Origin: Conexivisphaerales archaeon
GTDB taxonomy: Archaea > Thermoproteota > Nitrososphaeria > Conexivisphaerales > DTJL01
DNA: 64,000 nt
Direction of reading: 5' to 3'
Assembly: GCA_035543015.1 (NCBI GenBank)
Contig: DATKKG010000063.1
Span: 4,798 to 68,797 of the forward strand
Below the pieces are notes generated by a model that was not told where the DNA came from, did not search any database, and saw only the letters and a list, made by a program, of their open reading frames with translations. This document shows, one piece after another, positions 45,851 to 55,807 of this stretch. How positions within the stretch are numbered: position 1 is the stretch's first letter; each line of letters begins with the position of its first letter. The translations under genes were made by a program, and so were the position numbers.

Positions 45851-47284
45851 TTGACAAGAGCCAGGGTCGTCGTAGTGGGAGCCGGACCCGCGGGCCTCGG
45901 CGCCGCCTATTCCCTTGCGACCAAGGGCGTGAAGGGAGTGGTCCTTCTGGAGAAGGGGAGGAGGATCGAAGAGCGACAGAGGGAGCGCGTCTCAGGGACC
46001 GAGGACAAGATGAACATCACCTGCGGGCAGGGAGGTTCGGGGGCCTTCTCCGACGGCAAGCTGAACTTCGACCTGACGATAGGATGGAACACCAAGACCC
46101 TGAGCAGGGCTGACAAGGAAGAGGGCCTGGCGGCGGCCGAGAAGCTCTTCACCGCCCACGGAATAGATTGCACTGGGAACCAAGGAGACCAGGCCGTAGA
46201 CACGATGAGGGCCTCGGAGGGAGGGATACTCCTGGCGCCCGCGAGGAAGCTGGTGCACGCGGGCACGGACCTCCTTCCGGGGTTCGTTGAGTCCATGACG
46301 AAGGAGCTGACGGACGGCGGGGTCTCCGCCTTCTATCAATCCGAAGTGTCCTCGGTGACGGCCACCAACGGCCTCTTCAGGACCGAGCTGGCGGACGGCA
46401 GCGTCTTCGACAGCGACTACGTCGTCTTCGCGGTGGGAAGGACGGGCTCGCGATGGCTCAAGACCACCGCGGATCGCCTTGGGATGAAGAACGAGTTCGG
46501 CTACATCGACATCGGCGTGCGTGTCGAGACCCCTTCTGCGGTCATGCGGCGGATGACCGACCTGTACTACGAGCCCAAGATCTACATCACCACCGACACC
46601 TACCAGGACGAAGCCCGGACGTTCTGCGTCTGCCCCGACGGGTTCGTAGTCTCCGAGCCTCAGGAGTTCAACGGGTCGTTCCTGACCGGGGTGAACGGCC
46701 ACAGCTTCGCCCGGGGACCGAAGTCCGAGAACACCAACTTCGCGCTCCTGGCGAGGGTGAACCTAACGCAGCCTGTGGCTGACACCGGCAAGTACGGCAA
46801 GGTGATGTCGCTACTGGCGACGGTCATAGGCGACGACAAACCGATCGTCCAACGTTGGACCGACTTCATCTCAGGAAGGAGGAGCACGTTCCAGAGGATC
46901 GAAGAATGCCCCACTAAGCCCACGCTCTATCGCAGGTGCATCGGCGGGGTCGAGGACTACGAGGTCACGCCGGGAGACGTCAGCCTGGCTGCCCCGTACA
47001 GGATCGCCATGGACCTCAAGGAGTCCCTCTTCAAGCTGGAGAAGTTCTTTCCGGGCGTGGCGGGCACGGAAGATGAGCCCAGCCCGAGGACCCTCCTCTA
47101 CTTCCCGGAGCCCAAGTTCTACGCCACCAAGATAGCGGTGGGGCGGAACTTCGAGACGAGCGTCCCGCGCTCCTATGCGGTCGGGGACGGAGCGGGGCAG
47201 ACCAGGGGGTTGGTCCCAGCGCTGATAACGGGGCTCTTCGCCGGGCGCGACATAGCGGAGAAGCTGGCTCAGGCCCGGGCGTAG
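45851..47284 (+). CDS. FAD-dependent oxidoreductase (COG2509-like)
   Basis: VVVGAGPAGLGAAYSL dinucleotide fold, C-terminal YAVGDGAGQTRG. TTG start. Confidence 0.65.
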   Translation: MTRARVVVVGAGPAGLGAAYSLATKGVKGVVLLEKGRRIEERQRERVSGTEDKMNITCGQGGSGAFSDGKLNFDLTIGWNTKTLSRADKEEGLAAAEKLFTAHGIDCTGNQGDQAVDTMRASEGGILLAPARKLVHAGTDLLPGFVESMTKELTDGGVSAFYQSEVSSVTATNGLFRTELADGSVFDSDYVVFAVGRTGSRWLKTTADRLGMKNEFGYIDIGVRVETPSAVMRRMTDLYYEPKIYITTDTYQDEARTFCVCPDGFVVSEPQEFNGSFLTGVNGHSFARGPKSENTNFALLARVNLTQPVADTGKYGKVMSLLATVIGDDKPIVQRWTDFISGRRSTFQRIEECPTKPTLYRRCIGGVEDYEVTPGDVSLAAPYRIAMDLKESLFKLEKFFPGVAGTEDEPSPRTLLYFPEPKFYATKIAVGRNFETSVPRSYAVGDGAGQTRGLVPALITGLFAGRDIAEKLAQARA

Positions 47285-47391
47285 GCCCTCAGGCTCCAGC
47301 CGGCCTCCCACGGACCCGCTGCGCGTTCTCACAAAGAATCCTTTATGTGTTGGCGATTCGGATGATATACCGCGGCGAAGGTCACGGCCTA

Positions 47392-48594
47392 ATGCAGCGA
47401 TTCATCAGGAACGAATCCCTAAACCGGAATGTCGCTGTCCTAGGCTTTACGTCCGCAGTTTCCACGTTCTCCATCAGCCTCTGGCAGGGATACCTGTCGG
47501 TCTTCCTCCAGGGAAGGTTCCCCAGCGTGCTCGTAATCGGCGGTTCGTTCTCGATGTATGGGTTCGTCACCGCCGTGGCTTACCTCGTCGCCGGCCCCCT
47601 CGGCGACAGCTACGGCAGGAAGAAGGTCATCGTCCTTAGCACCTACCTGTTGGCCCTGTGTCCCCTCCTGCTCCTGTTCCCCAACAACGCGGTCCTCATG
47701 GCCGCCCCCGTCCTGCTCTACTGGGCCCAGACCTCGCTTCAGCCCAACTTCAGGGCCATCATAACGGACAGCACGCAGCCGGCCTTCCGAGGAGCCGCGA
47801 TCGGCATCTTCAACTCCCTGGCCGTCAGCATCTCCGCGGTCGCCCTGCTCATCTCGGGATTCGCCCTTTCCGCCAACGGCGACGGTTTCTCCCCGGCTTC
47901 CTTCGCCCCGATCTTCCTTTTCAGCGGCATCATGATACTTGGGGTCGCCGTCGCCAGGCACATCCTGCTGAAGGAGACCTTTTCGCCCAAGACGGCTGGG
48001 AGGGAGAGGTTCGTAGCGAACGTCAAGAAGAACATCGAGCCGCTGCGGAGGAGGGACCTTAGGATACCGACTGCGGCGTACATGCTCCACGACGCGGCGC
48101 TCAGCTTGGTGCTGTTCCTCGTTCCGATCTACGCGTACAAGGAGGTCTCCATGACGCCGTGGATGATCGGCAGCATGCTGGCCGCCCAGACGATACTCTA
48201 CTTCGTGCTCCAGGTGCCGTTCGGGCGCTTCGCCGACCTCAAGGGCAGGACGTGGGTGATCGCCCTGAGCTTCGGCCTGGAGGCCTTCTTCGCGGCCGCC
48301 TTCGTGCTCTACAGGAACCCGCTGTACGTTGGCCTGACGTACGTGGCCTGGATGGGTTTGGGCCAGATGGACGCTCCGGCCCAGGTCGCCCTTCTGGCCG
48401 ACCTCTCGACCATAGAGGAAAGGGCGACCGTGATGGGCAGCTTCGGCGGCCTCACGACCCTGGCGGCCATCCCTGCGCCCCTGCTGGGGGGCTTCCTGTA
48501 CGGCCTCGAGATCCCCAGCCCATTCTATCTGTGCTCGGCGCTTCTCTTCGTGTCCACCCTGTTGGTCCTGCTCTACAGGCTCAGGGCCCGCTAG
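47392..48594 (+). CDS. MFS transporter
   Basis: About 12 TM segments and a GDSYGRKKV loop. I prefer the ATG at 47392, downstream of the CCTTTATG box at about 47339. Confidence 0.7.
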   Translation: MQRFIRNESLNRNVAVLGFTSAVSTFSISLWQGYLSVFLQGRFPSVLVIGGSFSMYGFVTAVAYLVAGPLGDSYGRKKVIVLSTYLLALCPLLLLFPNNAVLMAAPVLLYWAQTSLQPNFRAIITDSTQPAFRGAAIGIFNSLAVSISAVALLISGFALSANGDGFSPASFAPIFLFSGIMILGVAVARHILLKETFSPKTAGRERFVANVKKNIEPLRRRDLRIPTAAYMLHDAALSLVLFLVPIYAYKEVSMTPWMIGSMLAAQTILYFVLQVPFGRFADLKGRTWVIALSFGLEAFFAAAFVLYRNPLYVGLTYVAWMGLGQMDAPAQVALLADLSTIEERATVMGSFGGLTTLAAIPAPLLGGFLYGLEIPSPFYLCSALLFVSTLLVLLYRLRAR

Positions 48595-49147
48595 GCCTGG
48601 CCGATGCCGCCTTGGCGGCGGCGCGCAGGTCGGCCACGAGGGAGTCCAGGAGCTCCGGCCTGCCGTGGAGGGCGACGGCGGGGTGGTAGGTGGCGTAGAG
48701 GGAGGCGCCACGATAGAAGCCCAGGTCCCCCCTCCTGAGGCCGCCCTTGCTCCCCGTCAACGCCGACTCGGCCACCCGTCCGAGAAGAACCACCACCCTT
48801 GGCCGGAGGGCGTCCACCTGCCTCTCCAGGTAGCGCCTGCAGGCCTCCACCTCATCCGGCTTCGGCTCCCGGTTGTCTGGGGGCCTGCACTTGACGACGC
48901 TGGTTATGAAGACCTCCTCCCTCTTCAGGCCGGCCTTGGCCAGGGCTCCGTCGAGGATCCGCCCCGCCTGGCCCACGAAGGGCCGCCCCGTGGCGTCCTC
49001 CTTCCTGCCCGGCGCCTCGCCTATCAGCATGAGCTTGGGGCGAGAGGGGCCTTCCCCGGGGACGGCGTTGGTCCTCGAGCCGCACAGGCGGCAGAGCTCA
49101 CAGACGGTGACCTCGCGGGCCACCTCTGCAATTTCACTCTTCGTCAT
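48581..49147 (-). CDS. udg: Family 4 uracil-DNA glycosylase (Fe-S)
   Basis: Motifs CELCRLC, GEGP..KLMLIGEAPG and GRPFVGQAG. Confidence 0.85.
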   Translation of the reverse strand: MTKSEIAEVAREVTVCELCRLCGSRTNAVPGEGPSRPKLMLIGEAPGRKEDATGRPFVGQAGRILDGALAKAGLKREEVFITSVVKCRPPDNREPKPDEVEACRRYLERQVDALRPRVVVLLGRVAESALTGSKGGLRRGDLGFYRGASLYATYHPAVALHGRPELLDSLVADLRAAAKAASARPSGP

Positions 49148-49523
49148 CGACCAGGTCCCACACCACGGGGTTCCCCCGGTAGTCGTACACCGCGATGCAT
49201 TCCGGGCCGACGAAGGGATACGAGACTATCATCATCACAGAGCCGTAGACGTGAAGGAGGTCCTGAAGGGACGGCCTGTTGGAGCCCGACGGGTGAGAGT
49301 GAGCCGTGCCCACTATCGAGGCGTCGACGGGCACCTGGTACGGGTTGAAGATGGATGCCGAGCGGGCGCCCTGCATGAACGGGGCGAAGACCACCTGGTG
49401 GATCAGCATCACGTCCTCCTTCCTCTTGGCCCGGAGCAGGACCAGCATTTCGTTGGGGTACTGGTCTTTGGAGAAGGCCAGAAGGGAGTCGGCCAGGGTC
49501 CTGGTGAGCTGTACGCGAGTCAC
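49134..49523 (-). CDS. JAB1/MPN/Mov34 (JAMM) metalloprotease
   Basis: An E residue in the EMLVLL context and the AHSHPSGSNRPSLQD JAMM motif. Confidence 0.8.
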   Translation of the reverse strand: MTRVQLTRTLADSLLAFSKDQYPNEMLVLLRAKRKEDVMLIHQVVFAPFMQGARSASIFNPYQVPVDASIVGTAHSHPSGSNRPSLQDLLHVYGSVMMIVSYPFVGPECIAVYDYRGNPVVWDLVDDEE

Positions 49524-50125
49524 TACGGCGTTATCCCCATCATCCTGTAGGCGTTTGCCAGGTTGGCCTTGGCCCTGGACCGGACTTCGTCGTAGTAGTT
49601 GTGACCCTCCGAGTCTATGATCACCGTCAGCGGCCCAAAGTCCTCCACCTCCAGTATCCAGAGCGCCTCAGGGGACCCCAGGTCCAGCCATTCGACGCCC
49701 TTGACCTTCTTTATCGACTTGGCGGCCAGGGCTCCCGCGCCCCCGGTGTAGATCGTGTAGGCGGTCCCAAGCTTCCTGCAGGCTTCGGCCGTCTTCGCCC
49801 CCATTCCGCCCTTGCCGATCACCAGCTTGGCGCCGGTCTTCTCGAGGAAGTCGGCCTCGTACATCTCGATCCTGGCGGACGTCGTCGGGCCCGCCGAGAT
49901 CACCTCCCAGCCGTCTCCCTTCTTCCTGACCACCGGGCCCATGTGATAGACCGCGAGCCCGTGGAAGTCGACGGGGAGGCTCTCGCCCTTGGCGAGCACC
50001 TCGAGCGCGCGCCTGTGGGCGGCGTCCCTTGCGGTGATCACCGTGCCCGTCAGGTAGACGATGTCGCCCGTGCGGAGCTGCCTCGGCTCGTCGTTCAGCG
50101 GCGTGGTGAACCTGTACTCTACCAT
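49523..50125 (-). CDS. Class I (Fe-S) fumarate/tartrate hydro-lyase, beta subunit
   Basis: Motifs LTGTVITARDAAH and GKGGMG. Confidence 0.8.
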   Translation of the reverse strand: MVEYRFTTPLNDEPRQLRTGDIVYLTGTVITARDAAHRRALEVLAKGESLPVDFHGLAVYHMGPVVRKKGDGWEVISAGPTTSARIEMYEADFLEKTGAKLVIGKGGMGAKTAEACRKLGTAYTIYTGGAGALAAKSIKKVKGVEWLDLGSPEALWILEVEDFGPLTVIIDSEGHNYYDEVRSRAKANLANAYRMMGITP

Positions 50126-50126
50126 C

Positions 50127-51035
50127 TCAGGCTCCCCCCTTGTTCAGGAACTGGTGGGTGAGGAACTCGACGCGGCCTCCGGGGTACACCCTCATCGTGC
50201 TCCTCCTGTCCTCCCAGCAGGCCGTCGCCACGCCCACCGCGAAGGAAGCTGGGTGGCGGTTGACGGCGTCGATGTGGACGTCCAGCGCCGTCGCCAGGCC
50301 CCCCACTCCGTGCGGGCCCCATCCCAGCATGTTGATCGCCTCGAGGAGCGACGTCTCAATCTTGGAGAGCTCGGGGTCGGCGTTGCGCTGGCCGATCTCG
50401 CGCTGGAGGGACTTCTTGGCCAGCTTCATGGCGATGTCGGCCGTCGGCCCAAGGCCGATGCCGACGATGACCGGTGGGCAGGGCTTGGGACCCTGCTCGA
50501 AGATGTCGTCGAGGACGATCTTGTAGACGCCTTTCATCCCTTCCGCGGGCGGTATGACCTTGGCCATGCTGGGCGACTCGCTGCCCCCGCCCTTGAGGAC
50601 CACCGTCACGTCGGCTACCTCGGAGCCAGGGACGATCTCCCACTCTATCCAGGGTATCCTGTCCGCGGTGTTGTTCCCGGAGTTCTTCCCGGTTATGATG
50701 TTGACCGAGTTCGGCCTTAGCGGGGCTTCGGCGGTGGCCTTGACGGTGGCGTTTCTCAGCGACCTCTCCAGCAGCCCGAGATAGGGGAATCGGTCCCCGG
50801 CCTTCACGTAGAATATCACAGTGCCGGTGTCCTGGCAGGAGGGCCTTCCCTCCGCCTCGGCTATCTCGAGGTTCTTCAGCATGGAGCCGATGACCTTCTT
50901 CGGAAGCTCAGTGGGTTCCCTGTCCTGGGCCTTTTTGAGGGCCTCCTTGACGTCGGCTGGGAGATAGATGGCTGCCGTCGTTATCAATTTGACGGCTGCC
51001 GCGGAGATCTGCTCCTCGACGCTCTGCGTGCTCAT
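50127..51035 (-). CDS. Class I (Fe-S) fumarate/tartrate hydro-lyase, alpha subunit
   Basis: Motifs PSCQDTGTVIFYV and GIGLGPTAD. Confidence 0.8.
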   Translation of the reverse strand: MSTQSVEEQISAAAVKLITTAAIYLPADVKEALKKAQDREPTELPKKVIGSMLKNLEIAEAEGRPSCQDTGTVIFYVKAGDRFPYLGLLERSLRNATVKATAEAPLRPNSVNIITGKNSGNNTADRIPWIEWEIVPGSEVADVTVVLKGGGSESPSMAKVIPPAEGMKGVYKIVLDDIFEQGPKPCPPVIVGIGLGPTADIAMKLAKKSLQREIGQRNADPELSKIETSLLEAINMLGWGPHGVGGLATALDVHIDAVNRHPASFAVGVATACWEDRRSTMRVYPGGRVEFLTHQFLNKGGA

Positions 51036-51118
51036 TACGGGCTTAGGATGCGAGAGTGGGATATATCAGTTGCTCAAGGCGGCCGGAGGTGCCCTCGCGC
51101 CCCCGGGCTCGAAGGGAC

Positions 51119-51134
51119 AGAAAAATTAAATACA
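51119..51134 (+). promoter_or_regulatory. TATA-like box for the thermosome gene
   Basis: AGAAAAATTAAATACA, about 50 nt upstream of the ATG at 51181. GGTGA lies just before the start. Confidence 0.5.
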
Positions 51135-51180
51135 GGCCTCCTTAACACATTTCCGCAAAATTCCGTTTCCAAAGGTGAGA

Positions 51181-52803
51181 ATGTTGACATACCCATCTGG
51201 TTCGCAACCCGTCATAGTTCTGAAGGAAGGAGCTTCCGAGACCAAGGGGAAGGAGGCCCTAAGGAACAACATCAACGCGGCGAAGCTGATCTCCGAGATC
51301 GTCAAGTCCTCTCTGGGACCGAGGGGCATGGACAAGATGCTCGTGGACTCTCTCGGAGACGTGACCATCACCAACGACGGGGCCACGATGCTCAAGCAGC
51401 TCGACGTTCAGCATCCGGGCGCCAAGATGATGGTGGAGATAAGCAAAGCCACGGACAGCGAGGTGGGCGACGGCACCACGAGCGCGGTCATCCTGGCGGG
51501 GGCCCTTCTTGAGAAGGCCGAGGAGCTCCTCGACAAGGACGTCCATCCGACCATCATCGTGGACGGCTATACCGTAGCTTCCGAAAAGGCCCTGGATGTG
51601 CTCTCGAAGATCGCCATCAAGGTGGACCCGACCAACAAGGAGTGGCTCTTCAAGATCTCGAAGACAAGCCTGGCCTCGAAGCTGGTGTCCCAGGAGAGCG
51701 ACGAGCTCTCAAGGATCGTCGTCGACGCCGTCCTGCACGTCGTCGACAAGTCAGGCGAGAACCTCAAGGTGGACATCGACAACGTCAAGGTCGAGAAGAA
51801 GCCTGGCAGGTCCCTCAGCGACACGACCCTCGTCAACGGGATCATAATCGACAAGGAAGTGGTGCACGCGGGGATGCCCAAGAGGGTGGAGCACGCCAAG
51901 ATCGTGCTTCTCAACTCTCCTCTCGAGATAGAGAAGACCGAGATGAGCGCCGAGATCAGGATCTCCGACCCGACGCAGATGAAGTCGTTCCTCGACGAAG
52001 AGGCGAAGATGCTCAAGGCGATGGTGGATATGCTCGCCGGCGTAGGGGCGAACGTCGTCTTCGTCCAGAAGGGGATCGACGACATCGCACAGCACTACCT
52101 GGCCAAGGCCGGGATAGTGGCCGTCCGCAGGGTGAAGGAGAGCGACATGACGCGCCTGGCCAAGGCGACGGGCGGAAGGATCGTAACCAACCTCGAGGAC
52201 ATGACCAAGGCCGACCTGGGGGAGGCCGCCCTCGTCGAAGAGAGGAAGATCGAGCAGGACAAGTGGGTCTTCGTGGAAGGCTGCAAGAACCCGAAGGCCG
52301 TAAGCATACTGCTCAGGGGCGGTTCCCAGAGGGTCGTCGACGAAGGGGAAAGGGCCGTCCACGACGCGATCATGGTGGTCAAGGACGTGATGGAGAAGCC
52401 CAGCGTGGTCTGCGGTGGAGGGGCGCCCGAAGCGGAGATCGCTCACCGCATTCGCGAATGGGCTCACACGCTGTCAGGAAGGGAGCAGCTGGCCGCTCAG
52501 GCGTTCGCCGACGCCCTGGAGGTCATACCTCTGACGCTGGCGTCGAACGCGGGCATGGACCCCATAGACACCCAGGTGGACCTTCGGGCGGCACACTCCA
52601 AGAACAAGACCTGGGCCGGGATCTCGGTCTCCGACGGCAAGGTCGGGGACATGGAGAAGGAGCAGGTCTTCGAGCCGACCGTCGTCAAGTCGCAGATCAT
52701 CAAGTCGGCCACCGAGGCTTCCGTGATGATCCTGAGGATAGACGACGTCATCGCGTCAAAGGGGATGGGCAGGGAGGGCGGAGCACCGCCCCCCGGCGCC
52801 TAG
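51181..52803 (+). CDS. ths: Thermosome subunit (group II chaperonin)
   Basis: Motifs [38 protein letters not shown] and VCGGGAPE. Confidence 0.9.
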   Translation: MLTYPSGSQPVIVLKEGASETKGKEALRNNINAAKLISEIVKSSLGPRGMDKMLVDSLGDVTITNDGATMLKQLDVQHPGAKMMVEISKATDSEVGDGTTSAVILAGALLEKAEELLDKDVHPTIIVDGYTVASEKALDVLSKIAIKVDPTNKEWLFKISKTSLASKLVSQESDELSRIVVDAVLHVVDKSGENLKVDIDNVKVEKKPGRSLSDTTLVNGIIIDKEVVHAGMPKRVEHAKIVLLNSPLEIEKTEMSAEIRISDPTQMKSFLDEEAKMLKAMVDMLAGVGANVVFVQKGIDDIAQHYLAKAGIVAVRRVKESDMTRLAKATGGRIVTNLEDMTKADLGEAALVEERKIEQDKWVFVEGCKNPKAVSILLRGGSQRVVDEGERAVHDAIMVVKDVMEKPSVVCGGGAPEAEIAHRIREWAHTLSGREQLAAQAFADALEVIPLTLASNAGMDPIDTQVDLRAAHSKNKTWAGISVSDGKVGDMEKEQVFEPTVVKSQIIKSATEASVMILRIDDVIASKGMGREGGAPPPGA

Positions 52804-52864
52804 AGCAACGCCGTTCTTTCCATTTCGTCAGGCCAGCGGCAGCTGCGTCCCGCGGCATCCAGCT

Positions 52865-53200
52865 TCATGAGAGGATTCCGTCTATCTTTGCCTTCAGCGG
52901 TGCCTTCGGCATGGCCCCGACTATCCTGTCCTTGAGCGCGCCGTCCTTGAAGACGAGGAGGGTGGGTATGGCCATCACGTCGTACGCTTCCGGCGTCCGC
53001 GGGTTCTCGTCAACGTTGAGCTTCGCGAAGACGACCCTTCCCTCGTACTCGGCCGCCAGCTCGGACAGAATCGGGGACAGCATCTTGCAGGGGTAGCACC
53101 ACTCGGCCCAGAGGTCCACCACCACCTCGCGGTTGGCCTGGACTTCCCTCTTGAAGTCGGCATCGCTCAGGACAAGGAGGCCTTCGGAAGGCTGACCCAA
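52865..53200 (-). CDS. trxA: Thioredoxin
   Basis: The WCYPCK active site sits in a 111-aa thioredoxin-fold pattern. TTG start. Confidence 0.85.
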   Translation of the reverse strand: MGQPSEGLLVLSDADFKREVQANREVVVDLWAEWCYPCKMLSPILSELAAEYEGRVVFAKLNVDENPRTPEAYDVMAIPTLLVFKDGALKDRIVGAMPKAPLKAKIDGILS

Positions 53201-53282
53201 ACCGATCCACCGGACGACTGCTCTGGAGCCGCGGCCCCCTTTTTAGGGCTTCCTCAGGAGCAGGACGTCGTAGATCGGTGGC

Positions 53283-54260
53283 TCAGCGGGCCGCCAGCTT
53301 CATGGCCTGCAGGATCCTTATCCTTTTGACGATGTTCGGGTGAGTGGAGAAGACCTCGAAGATCTTCTCGGACTCGGAGATCCTCCTGTTGGCAACCTGT
53401 TCGATCAGGTCCCGGTCGCTGTACGCGTACTGGACCGCGCTCCTGCCGGCGGTGTCCGGGTCCACTATGAGGAGGCTGTGGAAGCCCATCGCCTGGCCCG
53501 AGGGCGCGGTGCGCGACGATCCCCTCCTTCCGTACATGTCCAGCTTGGCCAGGGCGGACGACAGCTTGTCGGCGCCGTCGTCGACGACTTCGGCTCCATG
53601 CCTGTCGGCGTAGAGCTCCCTTTCGCGGCTGAGGCCGAGGACGAGCAGGTTGAGGATGAAGTATGCGGCCAGGGCAAGGGCCCCGACGGCGGCTGCCGAG
53701 CCGCCGTTGTTGCTGCGCGAGTTGCCGTAGGACCCGCCCCACATCATGGACCAGCCGATATAGTAGAATATCGTCGGAAGCACCGAGACGAACATCATTA
53801 TCTGGACGTCCCTGTGCTTGAGGTGACCGAGCTCGTGGCCCAGCACCGCTTCCACTTCGCCGGGCTCGAGGGTGTTCAGGAGCCCCTGGGTCACGCAGAC
53901 CCTGCTGCCCGTCAGCGGTGAGCCGTAGGCGAAGGCGTTGGGCGCCGGCGTCGGGGACAGCATCAGCTTCGGCACCTTGAGGCCGGCCTTCATGCAGATG
54001 CTTTGGAGCATCCCATGCACGTCCGTCAGCTGGTTGTCCGGGACTTCTCTCACCCTGTACATGGCGCTGATCATGTAGGGTCCCACGAGCCACTGCACCA
54101 GGCTGAAGGCCACCACAAGCACCAGCATCGTGACAATGTCGAATCCGCCGAGGTACGTGAGGACCACGGCAAGGAAAAGCGTCGAGGCTCCGATGACCAG
54201 GGCAAGCGTTCCCAGCATCGTCAGCCTGAGTCTCCAAAGACTATAATCCAATCCTGACAC
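53283..54260 (-). CDS. htpX: M48-family zinc metalloprotease HtpX
   Basis: HELGHLKHRD motif and 4 TM segments. Confidence 0.85.
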   Translation of the reverse strand: MSGLDYSLWRLRLTMLGTLALVIGASTLFLAVVLTYLGGFDIVTMLVLVVAFSLVQWLVGPYMISAMYRVREVPDNQLTDVHGMLQSICMKAGLKVPKLMLSPTPAPNAFAYGSPLTGSRVCVTQGLLNTLEPGEVEAVLGHELGHLKHRDVQIMMFVSVLPTIFYYIGWSMMWGGSYGNSRSNNGGSAAAVGALALAAYFILNLLVLGLSRERELYADRHGAEVVDDGADKLSSALAKLDMYGRRGSSRTAPSGQAMGFHSLLIVDPDTAGRSAVQYAYSDRDLIEQVANRRISESEKIFEVFSTHPNIVKRIRILQAMKLAAR

Positions 54261-54390
54261 CTCTCTACGCGACCCCAGTCGTGGGGGATTTAAATATAGC
54301 GCTCGGGTCTGGGGGTTATCGTTTCAGCGACGGAATCTGCGGAGCATCGGGCGTCTAGTTTAAGAGAAGCACGCAGGCAGAGAGCTGAGA

Positions 54391-55806
54391 GTGAAACGGA
54401 GAGTGACAGCCCCCTTCAGGGTTGAGAAGGACTACCTCGGTCCGGTGAACGTGCCTTCCGACGCCTACTACGGGGTCCAGACGGCGAGGGCGGTCGAGAA
54501 CTTCAAGATCAGCGGAATCCGGCCCCACCCTCTGTACGTCCGCACCTCGGCCTTGGTGAAGTGGGCCGCGGCCGTGGGCAACATGAAGGCCGGGACGCTG
54601 GACAGACGGAAGGGAGAAGCCATCTGTCGGGCGGCTGAGGAGGTCTACTCCGGGAGACTGCTGGACCAGTTCGTCGTCGACGTGTTCCAGGCCGGGGCGG
54701 GGACGTCCCACAACATGAACGTCAACGAAGTCATAGCCAACCGGGCCATCGAGCTCCTCGGAGGCGAGAAGGGCCAATACTCCGTAGTCCATCCCAACGA
54801 CGACGTGAACATGGGGCAGTCCACCAACGACTTCGTGCCCACCGTCATCAGGGTCACGTTGCTCCTCATGATGAGGGAGCTCCAGGCAGAGCTGGAGTCG
54901 CTCGAGTCCTCCCTCGGTGACCTTGCGACCAAGTACGGCCCGGTGGTCAAGCCCGGACGCACACACCTCATGGATGCGGCGCCAATCAGGTACGGCCAGG
55001 TCTTCGACGGATGGAGGAGGACCATTTCGAAGGACGGCGACAGGCTGAAGGAGGCGGGCGAGATGCTGACGGAGCTCAACCTCGGCGCCTCGGCCGTCGG
55101 CACCGGGGTCAATGCGGAGCCGGCGTACGTCGACGAGGCCATCCGATTCCTTTCCGAGAAGACCGGGTTCAGGTTCAGGAGCCCGGCCTCGTTCGTGGAC
55201 GTGACGCACTCCATGGCCGACATGCAGTGGGCGATGTCCTCCCTGAAGGCCCTGGCGCTGGACGTTTCGAAGATCTGCAACGACCTCCGTCTGATGAATT
55301 CGGGCCCGGTCACCGGCTTCGGAGACATCACCCTCCCCGCGGTCCAGCCCGGGTCCTCGATCATGCCTGGGAAGGTGAACCCGGTGATAGCCGAATGCAT
55401 GAACATGATCTGCTTCCACGTGATGGGGAGCGAGAGGGCCGTGGAGGAGGCCGCGCACATGGGCCAGATGGAGCTCAACGTCATGATGCCCCTCATCGCC
55501 TATGAGTCGACGATGTCCCTCGAGATCATGAGGAACGGGCTCAGGATGCTCAGAGAGAGGCTTCTCTCCGGCATCGTGATCGACGTGGAGAGGGAGAGGC
55601 GCCTCGTGGAAGCGAGCTCCGGCATCGCCCTTGCCCTCAACCCGTATCTCGGATTCGACAGGACCGCGGAGATCGTCAAGGAGGCCATGAAGAGGGGGGT
55701 CACCGTCCGGCAGGTCATAAGCGAGAAGAAGCTGATGACCGACGAAGAGCTGGACAAGGTCCTGGACCCGTACAGGATCACGCAGCGCGGAATCGTCAAG
55801 GAATAG
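54391..55806 (+). CDS. aspA: Aspartate ammonia-lyase (class II fumarase/aspartase superfamily)
   Basis: The signature GSSIMPGKVNPV and the N-terminal DAYYGVQTARAVENFKISG favour aspartase over FumC. Confidence 0.75.
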   Translation: MKRRVTAPFRVEKDYLGPVNVPSDAYYGVQTARAVENFKISGIRPHPLYVRTSALVKWAAAVGNMKAGTLDRRKGEAICRAAEEVYSGRLLDQFVVDVFQAGAGTSHNMNVNEVIANRAIELLGGEKGQYSVVHPNDDVNMGQSTNDFVPTVIRVTLLLMMRELQAELESLESSLGDLATKYGPVVKPGRTHLMDAAPIRYGQVFDGWRRTISKDGDRLKEAGEMLTELNLGASAVGTGVNAEPAYVDEAIRFLSEKTGFRFRSPASFVDVTHSMADMQWAMSSLKALALDVSKICNDLRLMNSGPVTGFGDITLPAVQPGSSIMPGKVNPVIAECMNMICFHVMGSERAVEEAAHMGQMELNVMMPLIAYESTMSLEIMRNGLRMLRERLLSGIVIDVERERRLVEASSGIALALNPYLGFDRTAEIVKEAMKRGVTVRQVISEKKLMTDEELDKVLDPYRITQRGIVKE

Positions 55807-55807
55807 G

